Below, in pieces: positions 23,072 through 36,201 of a stretch of 64,000 nucleotides of DNA (the first letter of the stretch is position 1; every line of letters begins with the position of its first letter). Below the pieces are notes generated by a model, which was not told the DNA's origin, ran no database searches, and was given only the letters and a program-made list of their open reading frames with translations. The position numbers and the translations under genes were made by a program. The stretch comes from Podarcis vaucheri (lineage: Eukaryota). The DNA lies in the NCBI GenBank assembly GCA_965113315.1, contig OZ220364.1; one strand, 5' to 3'.

Positions 23072-24663
23072 TAGTTTATATACCTGAGTTTCTAACATCG
23101 GCTAAAGGCTGAGAAGTGGAGGCACCCTGTATAATTTATCTTGACCCCAGATCTACAGTCTGTTTCTGAGCATTATTGATGAGGTAACCATCAGGTTGAA
23201 GGGCTCCCTTTATCCCTTTTGAAACCCCAAGCATTTTCATCCCTTCTCATTTGGATCTTACCCTGTATCTAGTTGAATGCATGAGAATCTTGCCACTGGC
23301 TTCTGCAGGAGCTAGATTGGTTCCTTGGGTTTGTCTGCCATTAAGTAAATATAGGTTCATCAGATCTAGATGAGAAGCTCATGTCCTACACTTCGGGAAT
23401 TCTCATTTATCATTTTCTTGCACTCAATTGCAGACAGCTTATTTATTACATGGGGACAAAGGTGTCTTTAATAAAACAGCTGAGTCAGTTTCCTTTGTGA
23501 ATTTTTAACAAAAACATGATAAAGATTGCCAAACTCAGGTGAGCAAAGTCATTCTCATTTTCTCCTCTTCCTTCTGCTAGGTAGCTAGTCAAGGAAGTTG
23601 TAAACTGAAAGATAGCTCCCCCACCTTTCAGGACATCAGTGTGTTACAATAAAGTCAGCACTTGACAACCAGGCTAGTAAATATTTCTTTGTGTGTGCAT
23701 ATCCGCAAAGCTGATAATACTTACACAACACTGTTCACCTAATAACCTCTCTTGAGATTGGTGGCAATAATTAACCTCCTCTAAAGAAACAGTTTATTGA
23801 AAGTGTCCAATTTTATGATACTTGTTGGAAGTGCAACAGCAGGGACCATTCAGATTTAACTTAAGGTTTAATTATGTCAGTGTTGAAGTCACCTAACCAA
23901 GATGGGAACGGGTAGTGTTGCTTAGCAACCAGGCAGAATGGCATGATGCTCACTGAGATAGTACATGCCCTGATTGGCTGTGTAGTTCTGAAGGAGTTTT
24001 CATCTGTATGTTAGCTAAATGTCATCTGCTATAAACAAGGCCTCTTTATTTCTCCTCAAATTATACTGTTTTTATTCAGTTTTCTTCAGGAAAGTGTTAG
24101 GACTTTTCTCTCTGGACTCCACCTGTGTTAAGTGGCATTGCTACTATGGGAGGCATCTAATGTTCTGCATGCGTAGATGTGCTGGTGCAATTGGACTTCC
24201 ACTTCCTCTCCTCCACATTCACACCCCAAAATCTGATCCCGATTGTATCCCCCCCCCCCGAAATTGGAATGGAAGCTCCAGTGTACCAGTGGAGCTGTAG
24301 CACTGGCTATGGCCCATTATATTTTGAAGTCATATCTTTGTGTGATCCCCAGTGATCAGCCTGTATATTGTGACCAGCCAAGCTTGGCAAGGCTTTGTGT
24401 GTCTCCAGGAGGACCCGCTAACAAACAATTGGTGTAGATTTTATCTATTTACCTCCCAGCATATGGCAGAGCTTCTAAGAAAGTAATGCAATTTGTGTGT
24501 GTTTTAGGAGGTACATAAAATAAAAGCATTTCCAGGTTGTTTGAAAGCTCTAAGCAACCATTTTAATATTTTAAATCTTAGACCAGTGTCAGGGGCCTGT
24601 TAGTAGGCCAGGGCCAAGGAACACGGACACCTGCTTACCCCTCTTCCTGTTTCTGGTATGTGT

Positions 24664-24688
24664 GTAGTAGTAGTAGTAGTAGTAGTAG
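24664..24688. repeat. (GTA)n microsatellite
   Basis: Direct read. Confidence 0.9.
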
Positions 24689-25569
24689 AAGTCGTCATCG
24701 TTGGGGGAAGGAAGCAACATACAGTTGCCCAGCTGGCTCAGGATCCCTGTGAGTCGGGCCGGAGTCAGGAAGAACCTGAGTCCCACGACTTCTGTATTCA
24801 CTTTTCTTCTTTCTTGATGGTTATGTGCTACATGTATTGCACACTTCTGAATACCAGGTGCTGGAAAAAGCAGGAAGGGATAGTGCTTTTGTTCTCTGGT
24901 CTTGCTTGTAGGCTGCCCATAGGCATCTGGCTAGTCAGTTTGAGAATGAGTGTTGGACTTGATGGGTCACTGGCCTCATCCAAGGGACTCTTATGTTCTT
25001 CTCTTTGTCTTGATATCATCATCGTCATCATTAATGGTCATTTTTCCATAATCCTGAATCCATTCACTAAGAAGGCACACTAAGATCTTCTTTAGAGAGG
25101 AAGTGGGAAGTGTCTTAAATGCCAGCTCTTTGGGTAAGTTTCTCTAATATAAAAGAAGCTGCTTTCTAGTGGCAAGGCACTTCTGTGTACCACTGGCTGG
25201 TGCCAAGCAGGGTGAATAACCCCCTGTGGGGATTAATTACCATATCTCATTTAACCAGCAAGAATACTGAAATGGTCTACCCCAGATCAAAGGTAGAGGC
25301 TTACAGAGGGCTGGAAAGAGCAGTATGGTTAGGAATCAAGTCTCTCACCGCCCTCACCCAGTTCTGGAGCTACGTCACAGTTTGAGATAGAACTTTCAGC
25401 TCAACTCTATTGATCCTTACTATTTTTTTCTATTTTCCTCATTAGGATTTGCAACGTGAGAAACTTGGAACAGTAAACATCAGAACACGAGACCAGAAAG
25501 GTACCTACTTATCTAACCATTCTTAATGTGTTGTAAATGTAAACCAGTAAAAGAGCCACCACATTTGAA

Positions 25570-28500
25570 GTGAAAATATGAACATTATTTAATAACTGAT
25601 CCTCTGTAATAAACAATTTTAAAATATTTTACAAGGAATCACACACACAATATTTTACAAAGATTTTAGTCTTTTTTAAAATTTTCCAACTCTTCTGTAC
25701 AACAAAAAAGAGATTCAAATAATAATTAAAAAAAAACAACCCTTTTTGAATTAGTAGGGGGAACAAAACTTTCAGATGAAGAATGTTAGGAATTGGATCC
25801 CAGCAGCTATAAGGACAGCTACTTCATGTTTTGCTTTTTTCCCTTTTGTTTTTTAACTTAAAATATAATATAATATATATATATTTATAATTATGTATAT
25901 TTGTTTTTTTCCATTTTTCTCAAATGAGCAGCACCCGACTAGACTACAGATTTACACACACTCCTGGTAACACAGAGCCAGCCATCTGGTCAAAGCACAG
26001 TTCCCATAGACATAACCAAACACACACTGAAAAAGCTACAAGCAAAATGACCTTTAATCAACCTTGTCATTATTAGTGAATCTCCTCCCTGCCCGCTTGG
26101 CTCTGGAGTCAAACTTCCAAGACCATGTTCAGGGTTTTCATGGACCCCCCTCCCTTTCCCACCCACCTACCCTACCACAAATTGTTTTGCTCAAATGGAT
26201 TTTAAAATGGACAAAGCGTGTGAGGTGGGTTGAATCATTGCTATGTCTCACCAGTACTGCTAGTCACATGCGACCGGGACATAGGGAAGCCTGAACTAGC
26301 CTTCACTCAGCCCTTTGGGATCTGCTAGGAGGATGCCTTATTGGGAATGACCAGCAGTCTCAAAAGATTTTACAGGCTTCTCCATTCTACAGACTTTCCT
26401 GTACTGGGCAAGTCTATTGCTCCCTACAGACTCTCATCTTGTACAGCTTCATTCTCCTTCAAGGTCCTCTCCAGGATTCAGAAAATCACCTTGATGGTCA
26501 ACCCAAGTTCACAATAGCACACACAATCTCCTTGCTGTTTCTCTGTGTCTTTCTGTGCCGATTTCAGATATAGTACTTCATGGTAAAATTCCTTTAGGCT
26601 CTCCAATTTTATGCTCCCAGAAACTTTTTCTTCATTCTAAGAGCTTGGGAAGCTATTTCCATTCCTTTCCTATTATAAGATAGGTTGCTATGATTTGCGA
26701 GGTTATCCATTTTTCTACGTTAGAGATAAAAGGCAAGCAACCCCATCATGCTCTTGGCTTCCCTCAATCTATTTGTCCTTGTACCATCTCCATCTGTCAG
26801 CAGACAAAGCTGAAATGGAGACAGACTTACAGGCAACCCATGGGTGATTCTGACTGGTGGGGGCATAGTTCTGACCTAGGGGGGCTCTAGGACACCCTAC
26901 AGATAATCTGAGTTGTGCTGGGAATGGGTTTCCCAGCCCTGGTTTATATTTCTAAGCTATTTGGAAAGAGCTAGTTGTTGCGTAGATCAGTCTTGTACAC
27001 TCATTTATACATAACACCAGGAGATCTCATTCTTAAAATGGCAAATATCACTACTGCGGCAGGGGAATAAACCAGCACAACTTCTACCCATCTTCAGACT
27101 TGCACATATTGGGATGCCATCAACTCATGCACAAACAACAACCTTAAAAATAAAAAGGAATCATCCACTTGCATTGAAAATAGGGCAACATTTTCTCATC
27201 TTAGGAAAAGTTCACCATCCAAATACTTGCCTGCTTTGGCTTTGAAACCTAGAGAAACAAGGCCTTTGTTTCATTCATATAACCATTGTGAAAAATGTGA
27301 TGGAGGGGTGCTGTTGGACTGTATGATAGGAAAGAGGGTCTTCCACCCCAGTTCCCTTTTGCCTTAGCTCTGACCCAGTGACATCTAACATGGCTTCCAC
27401 AAATAGAAATGAATGGTGTGGGAGCAGTGCAGCATCTCCATCACATCTGGTACTGATCTCCTGACCAGTCAGTCAAGAGGCTGAATGCCCTGGTATCCAG
27501 GTGTGATGTGGGAAAGTACTCCAAGTGGAAAATGTGCTGTGTTGCAATCTGTGCTCTGTCTGTTGTTGGGCTACTGGACATCTTCCTTTCCATCTCCAAC
27601 ATTCTCTGTTCATCATTCTTCACTCCTCTCTGACAGGGAGACCAAAGCCAGGTGCTGGGAAGGTCTATAAGCTGTAACAAGGATAGATGTGCTGCATGGA
27701 AATGCAGAAACAGGCAAAGCTAATCTCCATAAGGTAGACTGGAGGCTTAACACACCACAGTTTCAGTTGAACAAATGCCAGCATCACCAGCAAGGATTCA
27801 CTGAAATCTAAGCTAGTAGGAAAGCAAGAGTTCCACAAGTTTAGGTAGCGGTCATCAGAACCACTGCATGTCACTGGGAGACTATGTCACTGGGAGACTA
27901 CAACATTGGAACAATGTTGAACAACTGCTAGCACGTCTTGGCTAGAATGGATCTCGAGAAACTCTTCCGTATTACCTCCAGTATTAGATTCAAGATGACT
28001 CAGCATACCAGTCGCCGGGGGACATCAGTGGAAGAGTGTTACTGAATTGATGTGCTTTGCCACTGACAAACAGGACGCTCAACTATACAGTCCTTTGCTC
28101 TGACCCAGCACAGCTGTTCCTGCCCACCTCCCAGCAGCACCTACACATCTTTCTGTCTCAACTTTGTTACCAGTGGTAACCACATGTGAGAAGTAGAGCA
28201 GCTTTTTAAAAAAACCTTAGGGTGCATACAGATGTATAGGATTTGAGTGCTGAACCACCTGTGTAAGCCTGCTTCAGGGAGGGACATAGGTAATAAGCCA
28301 CCCTGTCCCTATGCAAGGCTGGAGGCGCGAGGCTCTGACAGGGTCCTGGAATCTTCCTACCTCCTTCGTAAAGCATGGTAAGCACTTGCCTGGCTTTGGG
28401 AAGGAGGCAGGAGGACTCTTGGAACCCTGTCAGAGCCCTTCCTGAAGCTGGGCAAGTGCTTACTGGGCTTTGAGAAGGCACCTTTCTGAGATGTGTGTCC

Positions 28501-31500
28501 ACTGCTCACACTGCCCTAAATCTGCCCTTGCCTGCTTACTGTACTTTGTTCAGGTGTATTGTTTTCTTACCTGGGTAGAGCTCAGGGAAACTATCTCTAC
28601 ATGGTTGGAGCAGAAGCTAGTTGTGCATAGCCTGGTTGGCTGGAACCACTGATGCTCCAAAATCACGTCAACATTTCAACCTTTAAAACACAGTTCCTAT
28701 ATTAAATTTAAAAAGGGGGGGGGGTTAACTGCACAAAGATGCATATGTTTTAAAATATAAATTTTTAAAAGTGGATATCCCACCTGAAGGTGGGGGAGGG
28801 GCAGGCCCGAGAATTGAATTTGTGGTCAAATCAGTGGTATATATGCCTTTTTTGCAGCAAAGTGGCCGGAAACAGGTTCACACCAGGGGAGGAATGATGG
28901 CGATTTTAAGCTATAGCTATACGAATTATGGATGCAAAACACTGAGCTGTTGCTATTATTATTTCTTTATTTCCATTATTGGGCATGACCCTAACCTTCC
29001 CAGCACTGCTGCCGATATAAATGAATGGTGGAATATGCTTGGAAAATTTGTAATGAGGCTCTGTTAGCCGTGTACAAGTTTGAAAACCACCTCTCTAAGG
29101 GGATCAGTCACAGTTCAAACACCAACACAAAGATCTTGATTTGATCCCAGTGGACAGTAAACCAGTATTGAGTGACTGTGAGATAGCAGCCAACCGAGAA
29201 GTAGTAGCCATACTGTTTGTGGTCTAAAGTGCTCCAAAGTAGGGCAAGGCCCTTTTTATGAAACCATCTCTCATTCAGCTGACAGGCACTGCCATATCCC
29301 AATCTGTGCTTCAGCTTTCTTCATCCCTGAATCTCCCCTACTAATGAAGTACACCCTATGAACATATGGTGGCTCCAGAGCACTAGCCAAACAGTCACAG
29401 ACAAAGTGGCGTCGGGGAAGACTATGCTTTTAGTCAGACCAAAGTGGGAATGAACCTGGGGGATTTCAGCCAAGCACACCATAGACAGTTGCTCACATCA
29501 CAAAAAACAATCACACAATTTGGCACAATTTGGCAGTCTCTGCTCAGAAGAGACTAGCAAGATACTGGGACTGTACCCACAACTAGTACACTTGATTATT
29601 ACTGGAAGTCTACTCAAGGAGTAATGGTTCTGTCTCTCTCTACTGTGTTTCTGGTAGAGTTGGAGCTATTTGTAACTTCCCAGTTTGCTTCTCTAGAAAT
29701 CTACACAAGGCCAATGAAGCAAAACTTAACCTTAGCACCAGTGGTATCATTGTGTATATGTGTCAGCTTGGGGAAGAACAGTGGGAGACCTGGAGAAAAA
29801 GGTTCTGGAACATAGGGCATTTGGTGCAGGACAGGGGAGGGGGTATGTAGACTGGATTTGGGACAGAGCTGGTTTTTGAAAGGTTAAGAAACTATTTCTG
29901 ATCTCAAGAACAAGGATCACTAGAAAGAAAGCAAATGCACCTCAATGTGTGTGCTAAAGGTTTGCTTCCAGATCTCTCAAGTGATTTTTTTCTACAACAA
30001 AGTTACTTCTTTCATGTATTTACATTGTACTACTACCTTGCATATGACAGCAGTGACCTGCTTTTTACCCCCATTCAAACCAGACCAGACCAGGAGCGCA
30101 AAAATCCATTTTCAGCTTTCTCTGAAGATACACATGTAGTGCATTGCAGCATGTTCTTTGGGACTGTTTGGGTGAATCAAAACCTCCCAAGACAAATCAG
30201 GTTTTTAAAGGGGTTCCTGTCATTTGCCTTGCAATGAAACACCTTAACAGTGGTGCCACCAGAATCTGCACAATAAATTGTGATGTAACCAGCATAGGAG
30301 TTTGGCATGCTACATTCTTTCCAAGAGACTTTCTCTAAAATTTTGGCTCAGTACTGAAGCACCAAACCAAGGTTACAGAAAGTTCCCATTCACACACATT
30401 GTTGAGCAAGCTTTCTTTGCCTAGAAACTTACAGGTTCAAGTAACCATCCCACCGTTATTTGCTTTCTAGAGTTCCTTCTAACAAGGCAAATGGAATTCA
30501 CAACATTGTAATTACTCACAATAGGTTGTATGCCAGGATTTGGATTAACTGGAAAGAGAATTTTGGTTGAGGAAATGAGCATGTGAAGTCAAAATGAGGT
30601 GCACCAAGATATGCACAACATTTCATCCTCCTATCACATCACATTGTGCTGCAAGGAAATGCCATCAGAGTTATTGACAGCGCACTTAACCGCTACCTTC
30701 TGATGGAGTTGCATTACACTGTTGCATAGTGCTGCTGCTCTTCATATTGCCCAATATGTGATTGTGGCTCTGACATCACCCACAGCAGAAGCAAGACAGG
30801 ATCCTTCCCACTTTGCTGGCTACTCTGAGTACAGAGGCAATGCATGAGGGGATATTTGGCTGAAGAGAAAGAAATCTTTGAGTTCTCTGGGGACTGAAAA
30901 AGCTTTCATTAAGTGGTAAGGTATGTTTATCGCTGTATGTGCAGAAATAACAGGCACAAAACTGGATAACCTGCCCTCAACAGTAAGCAGCTTTTGCGGA
31001 GACTGGGTGATGAATTCAAGTTTTACTCCTGTTTTCAAACCTCCAACAGTATATGTGGCTGCTTTCAGTAATAATCCTCCCAGCCATGAAATATGTACCT
31101 GCAAAGTCATCTGAAGTGTTCTGTGGGTTTGAGGTGAATGGCAGGTGTCATCATGACCTTCACTACGATGCAGAGTTCTTTCACCTTTCTCTGCATGGAC
31201 ACTGGAGACAATTAGCTGTCTGCAAAACATCTGCTTTTAGAGCTCTAGTTGTGGCCCATTGCCCACCACTGTGATTCCAATACTGGATGGATGGAGGGGA
31301 CTCTAAAGGTGCAGTCAGTTTTCTGCACAAAGTCCAGGAAGAAAACCTTTAGCTATCACCTTCTTGGTTTGGCACAAATTGTTGCTGCCAATCATGGTGG
31401 ACAATTTCCTTTAGAAGAAAAGGGACAGTGTGAACTGGGAAGAAGGTCATCTTTATCTTGGCCAACTCCACCCTTTGTCCACCTCAAGGGTAGAATGCTG

Positions 31501-32752
31501 CAAAAATCCCAAAAGTCTTCACAGTGATTTAGGGGAGCAGAAGAGATCATCTTGTTTTCTTGATGGACTTAAACTTTTATGGGCCACGCAGGGAACAGGC
31601 TTGGCAAGGAAAAAAATGAAGCCAGGGACTGCTGGGTTTTGGCTGTTTCTTGCCCACTAGAAATACTCTGTCTTGCTATTCATTTTGCTAAAGACAGCGA
31701 GAGCCACTGTGACCTTCAACTATGTATGGGTTACTAGTATGCCTAAGGATCTTCACACACTTCCTTCTCCCCTACTTGCTCTCCAAGTCCTCTCAGTATG
31801 GTGTGAGTTAGTTTAAATAAATAATACTGACCATAAAATTCAAGTCAATTTCTTTTTCTTTTTTCTCTTCTGTGTCTTTGTTGCTGACAACAAATACTAT
31901 AATTTGTCAGGATAAAATGCTTGGAAATTAGATGTAAAAAGATCTAGATTAAAATCCTCAGGCTAAAAATAATAATTTAAAAATTGATTTGAGATGGGAT
32001 CTAACTAATGAAAGATTCAGCAGCGATGGCCTTTGAAAACACAGAGCGGGCTGGGTGGGATGGAGATGCCGTGGTGACATCCTAGGATTACTTTTGAGTT
32101 TAATAAGCCATTTAAATTGGCTGACAAGTTAAACTAGACTACAGAACCAATTTGGCAAGAATATACCATTGTTTTTCCTGTTCTATTGAATAATTTTGTC
32201 GTTGCTGCTGTTTGCATGATTGGGATGGGAAAGTAAATTGTTTCAAACAGAATAGCAATTTGTCAGCATTGTTGATTAAATACTTTTAAGACAATAAAAT
32301 GTCAAGAGATATCCTGATGAAAACTGGCAAAGGTCTTCCCAGAATTCCATGGATTCAATGGGGGGGAAAAAACTTACGAGGCCACTGTTCTTTGTTATTT
32401 GGCCACAGCTCAATGGGTGGAAAGGGGAGCAATGAATCAAAGCTCAAGGATGTTCACTGTGTGGAGAAAGTCGCAATGGTTCGTGCTTCCCAAAGTCTTG
32501 CTCAGAGCTCAACCTGCACAACCTGCTGTGCAGAGACACTGGAAGGGCAAGGAGAGGATGGCAGGAAACAAGAAACAAAACAATGAGAATAGCTTCTGGA
32601 CTTCTGAATGACGAAAGAGAAGGTCCTCATGAGTGAGTGCCAAGGTGTAACCAGAGTTGATGGGACTAGGCAGCTGCCCTCTTCTGGCAAGTCTGGAGGG
32701 AATGGAGATGGTGCACAAAGCAAAAATGAATGGGCTAGACTAAATGGATGTT
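25570..32752 (-). other. CACNA2D2: Putative long (about 7 kb) 3'UTR of CACNA2D2
   Basis: TE-poor stretch after the stop codon, ending in an AU-rich block (25580-25930) with ATTAAA on - at 25588-25593; the end position is inferred. Confidence 0.45.
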
Positions 32753-32881
32753 TCAAAGGCAAGACACCAAGGGCAGCGGATGGCGACTGGCAGTCAAATA
32801 GAGGAGGAGGAGCTGCAGGGATAACAAGATACTCAAAGAAGGTCTAAAGGAGGCCCCTCTTCCACAGTCTGAGGTATCTTC
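32753..32881 (-). CDS. CACNA2D2: Ca channel alpha2delta-2, last coding exon (GPI-anchor signal)
   Basis: ccatag|[42 protein letters not shown]; the CGRGAS motif plus hydrophobic tail is typical of alpha2delta-2. Confidence 0.95.
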   Translation of the reverse strand, partial: EDTSDCGRGASFRPSLSILLSLQLLLLYLTASRHPLPLVSCL

Positions 32882-34092
32882 CTATGGAAACAACAAAAAA
32901 GGATAGATAATTTTGGTCATTCCATATGTAGGCACGGATAAGTTACTTCCCTGCATGTTTTTCAATGTGATTTTCAAAAGCTGTTCAACATGAACCACAA
33001 TAGTCTTTATGATTCAGTAGACACTTCAATCTCCCACCCTAGGTCCATTACTCTGTACATATTCTCACAGTTCCTATAAACATGGGAAAGGAAAATTATC
33101 TCTCTTTTTTTAAGATAGAGCCCAGTGAGATTAGAAGGACTTCCAGATCAGCTCTAAGGAATAGTTGGCAAAAAGAGTGCCACCTCCCAAATAGAGTGGT
33201 TTTGCCATTAGAAAAGGAGTGCCTTATTAAAGAGATACTCATCCTCCCAGAGGTGCATCTTGTGAAAGTGATTTGAAGGGCAACACTGCGTGTGTCACAT
33301 CACACATGCGCAATGTCCCATCATCACACATGCAACATCAGGCTGTCGGAAGGAGCTGGGGAGTACAGCTAAATGCAGCAGTAGTGTAGCTTCAACGGCT
33401 GGTGGCTCCTCCAGTGAGGGGTTCCTTCAGCCCTCCTTCCCCTCCGTGGCAAGTGAAGAGAGGAGAAGGACCTGGCCACTGAAGCCACGCCATGCTTGGC
33501 CTCCTCTGCCCCCTAATTTTTTTGGACATTGGGGGCGGGTGCCCCCAATATTTTGGGCTGCTTGTTCCTGATCTCTACCCTTTGCAGTGCATCTTGCTAC
33601 ACTGGGACAAATTTGGCGAGGAGTGTTACCCCACAGTAAATATGCCAATTGAATTAGCAGGCTAGGGGATGAGTAGATGGACTAGTGGCCTGGTACTCCA
33701 GCTTCCTATTGCGAGCAGTACTCTGACTGAATCCCTTAGGGACATAGGAAGTTGCCTTATACAAAGTCAGACCATTGGTCCATCTGACTCAGCATTGCCT
33801 ACAATGACTGGTTGTAGCTCTCCAGGATTTCAAACAGGAATTTCCTCCAGCTCTACTTGGACATGCCAGGTATCAAACCTCAAACCTATATGTAAATAAG
33901 TGTTCTCCCACTGAACTATAGCCCTCCCCTACATACAGCCCTGATATGGCCCTTCAGATCAGTAGAATGGTTTGACAAGGAAAGCTCTAGCCTACAGCTT
34001 CAGCCTTGGGTTTCTCAAATTCCAGGCTATCCTCCTAGCGGAGCAAAGCCACTTTAGATATATCCATGCACTCCTTGTGTCCTCCTACTTAC

Positions 34093-34181
34093 CGTTGCAT
34101 TGTAGTCAAAACAGATGTGGGGACCTTTTCGATACCGTGGCTTGTCTACTAGTTCACACTGATTGGGATCTCCCGGTGGAG
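34093..34181 (-). CDS. CACNA2D2: CACNA2D2 exon
   Basis: (A)[29 protein letters not shown]|gtaagt; the acceptor is U12-type. Confidence 0.92.
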
Positions 34182-34894
34182 CTTTGCAGTGTCAAAGAAA
34201 ATATAGCACAAGGCAATAAATACACTTGTAGTGATAGGGAAGAGCGGGAGGAGTGGGGTCAAAGAAAGGAGCCCTTGATTATGGAGACTAGCAGCCACAA
34301 GAACTGCCCTGCTGGATCAGACCAAGGACCTTTCACAGGGGTGGCCAGGTCCTGAGCTTCCCCCTTCCCCTTGGGCCTGATGGGGATTGACCAATGATGT
34401 CTGGTGACCCAACTTCAAAGTATCAAATAATATCTGAGTGTCACAGCAATTGCTCCATCTGCACCGTTATAATCTGGCCATGTTTCTACCCAGCAAGCAA
34501 AAGCACAGAATATTTGTAGAGCTATAGTGCAAGAAATAGGAAAACCATTGCAAAACATTGGGGGGGGGGGAGGTGGACTGAAGAGGCACCAATCATGGAA
34601 ACACTGGGGGCTCATGACTGCATTGTGTGGATTTACAAGTAAACAAAACATTACAGTAATGGGAGAAACCAGCAGTGTGGATGTGGCCAATGTCTGTCAT
34701 GAAATTTTTCACAGGGAGAGGGCAATGGCTTATTTGTATCCACTGCTTTTTGTTACATGTCTATAAATGCTTCATCAGAAATATACCATGTGTTAACTCT
34801 CATTTTCAAATTAAATTCACATGAACAGAATCCCACAAGGATCCCTACCTCCTGGTAGGCATGAAAGGAAAATAGGCAACCATGTGTAGACAGG

Positions 34895-35290
34895 ACATTA
34901 GAAGAGCCTGCTGGATCAGGCCAAAGGTACATTTTGTCCAGCATTCTGTTCTCACAGTAGCTAATCAGATGCCTTTGGGAACCCCACAAGTAAGTAGGGC
35001 ATGAGTGCAGCAGAACTCTCCCCACTCATATTCCCCAGCAATTGATTATCAGAGGCAGACCAGGTCTGATACCGGAGACCATATACAGCCATAATAATTG
35101 ATAGCCATTGATATTTTCCATGAATTTGTCTAGTCTCCTTTTAAAGCCATCCAAATTGATGGCTACATCATCTTGTAGTAGCAAATTCAATTGTTTAACT
35201 GTGTGAAGAAATACTTTATTTTGTCTGTCCTGAATCCTCCAACATTCTGCTTTGTTGGCTAGCCCCAGGTTCTAGTATTATGCAAGAGAG
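34895..35290 (-). mobile_element. CR1-type LINE 3' fragment
   Basis: ACATTAGAAGAGCCTGCTGGATCAGGCCAAAGG...TCCATGAATTTGTCTAGTCTCCTTTTAAAGCCATC; smaller pieces at about 24850-24960, 27960-28120, 33740-33920 and 34290-34330. Confidence 0.7.
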
Positions 35291-35975
35291 AACTTCCAAA
35301 TATTTACTTTAATGTTTCTTATGTAACTAACCTGGCTTATAAGGCCTAATGCTATTGTGACTTTTTCTGGTCTTTCTGCTATTTGAGTATAATTAAGCCA
35401 TAAATCCAATGGAACCTAGAGTGTGAATGTGTGAGAGTGATTTCCTTGTTACAGGGAAGGAAGAGAGTGCTGTGGGAGTGAGAAGCAACTGGAGTGAGTA
35501 ATTGCCATAACATAACAGCAGCCAAAGCAAGTCTGGGCCTCGCTAACAGGCAATATACAACACCGTGCAATGTAATATCAGCCACCCTGGAGAGAGCCAG
35601 GGGCCTATTTGCCAGATAAGAAGGAAGTATAACTTTTCTATTGGTTCTGCCAGTGGCAACATGGTTTATGGTTTTATGGTCTCTCTGTCCATGTGACAGT
35701 CTAGTGTAGTGAAAATGTGCGGTGACCTTTGAGGTATAAAAACACCCCAAAACTAAAGCAAGTCGGAGATTCACAGCAGACTCTTGAGGCAGGCATGTGG
35801 AGACCCAGGGGCACTGGTCTCTCATCAACACATTACACTTGAACCAGCCACCCAGGTTGTGCATTTGTAAGTATGAACGCATGTTAGGTGACTTTATTCA
35901 TAATTTGAGCATATTGCGGGGTTAAGAGCACTAACTGCTATATTCTGATTAATAAAGCTTCAAATTTTTACATTA

Positions 35976-36201
35976 CAGTGGTACATCGGGTTAAGAACTT
36001 AATTCATTCTGGAGGTCCGTTCTTAACCTGAAACTGTTCTTAACCTGAGGTACCACTTTAGCTAATGGGGCCTCCCACTGCTGCTGTGCCGCTGGAGCAC
36101 GATTTCTGTTCTCATCCTGAAGCAAAGTTCTTAACCCGAGATACTATTTCTGGATTAGCGGAGTCTGTAACCTGAAGTGTCTGTAACCCGAGGTACCACT
36201 G
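35976..36201 (-). mobile_element. Tc1/mariner MITE, copy 3
   Basis: TA TSD; same family and orientation as 14374-14577. Confidence 0.9.

Noticed and set aside
27868-27899. 16-bp tandem duplication as a functional element
   Set aside because: A simple slippage-type duplication like 11933-11970, with no further structure.
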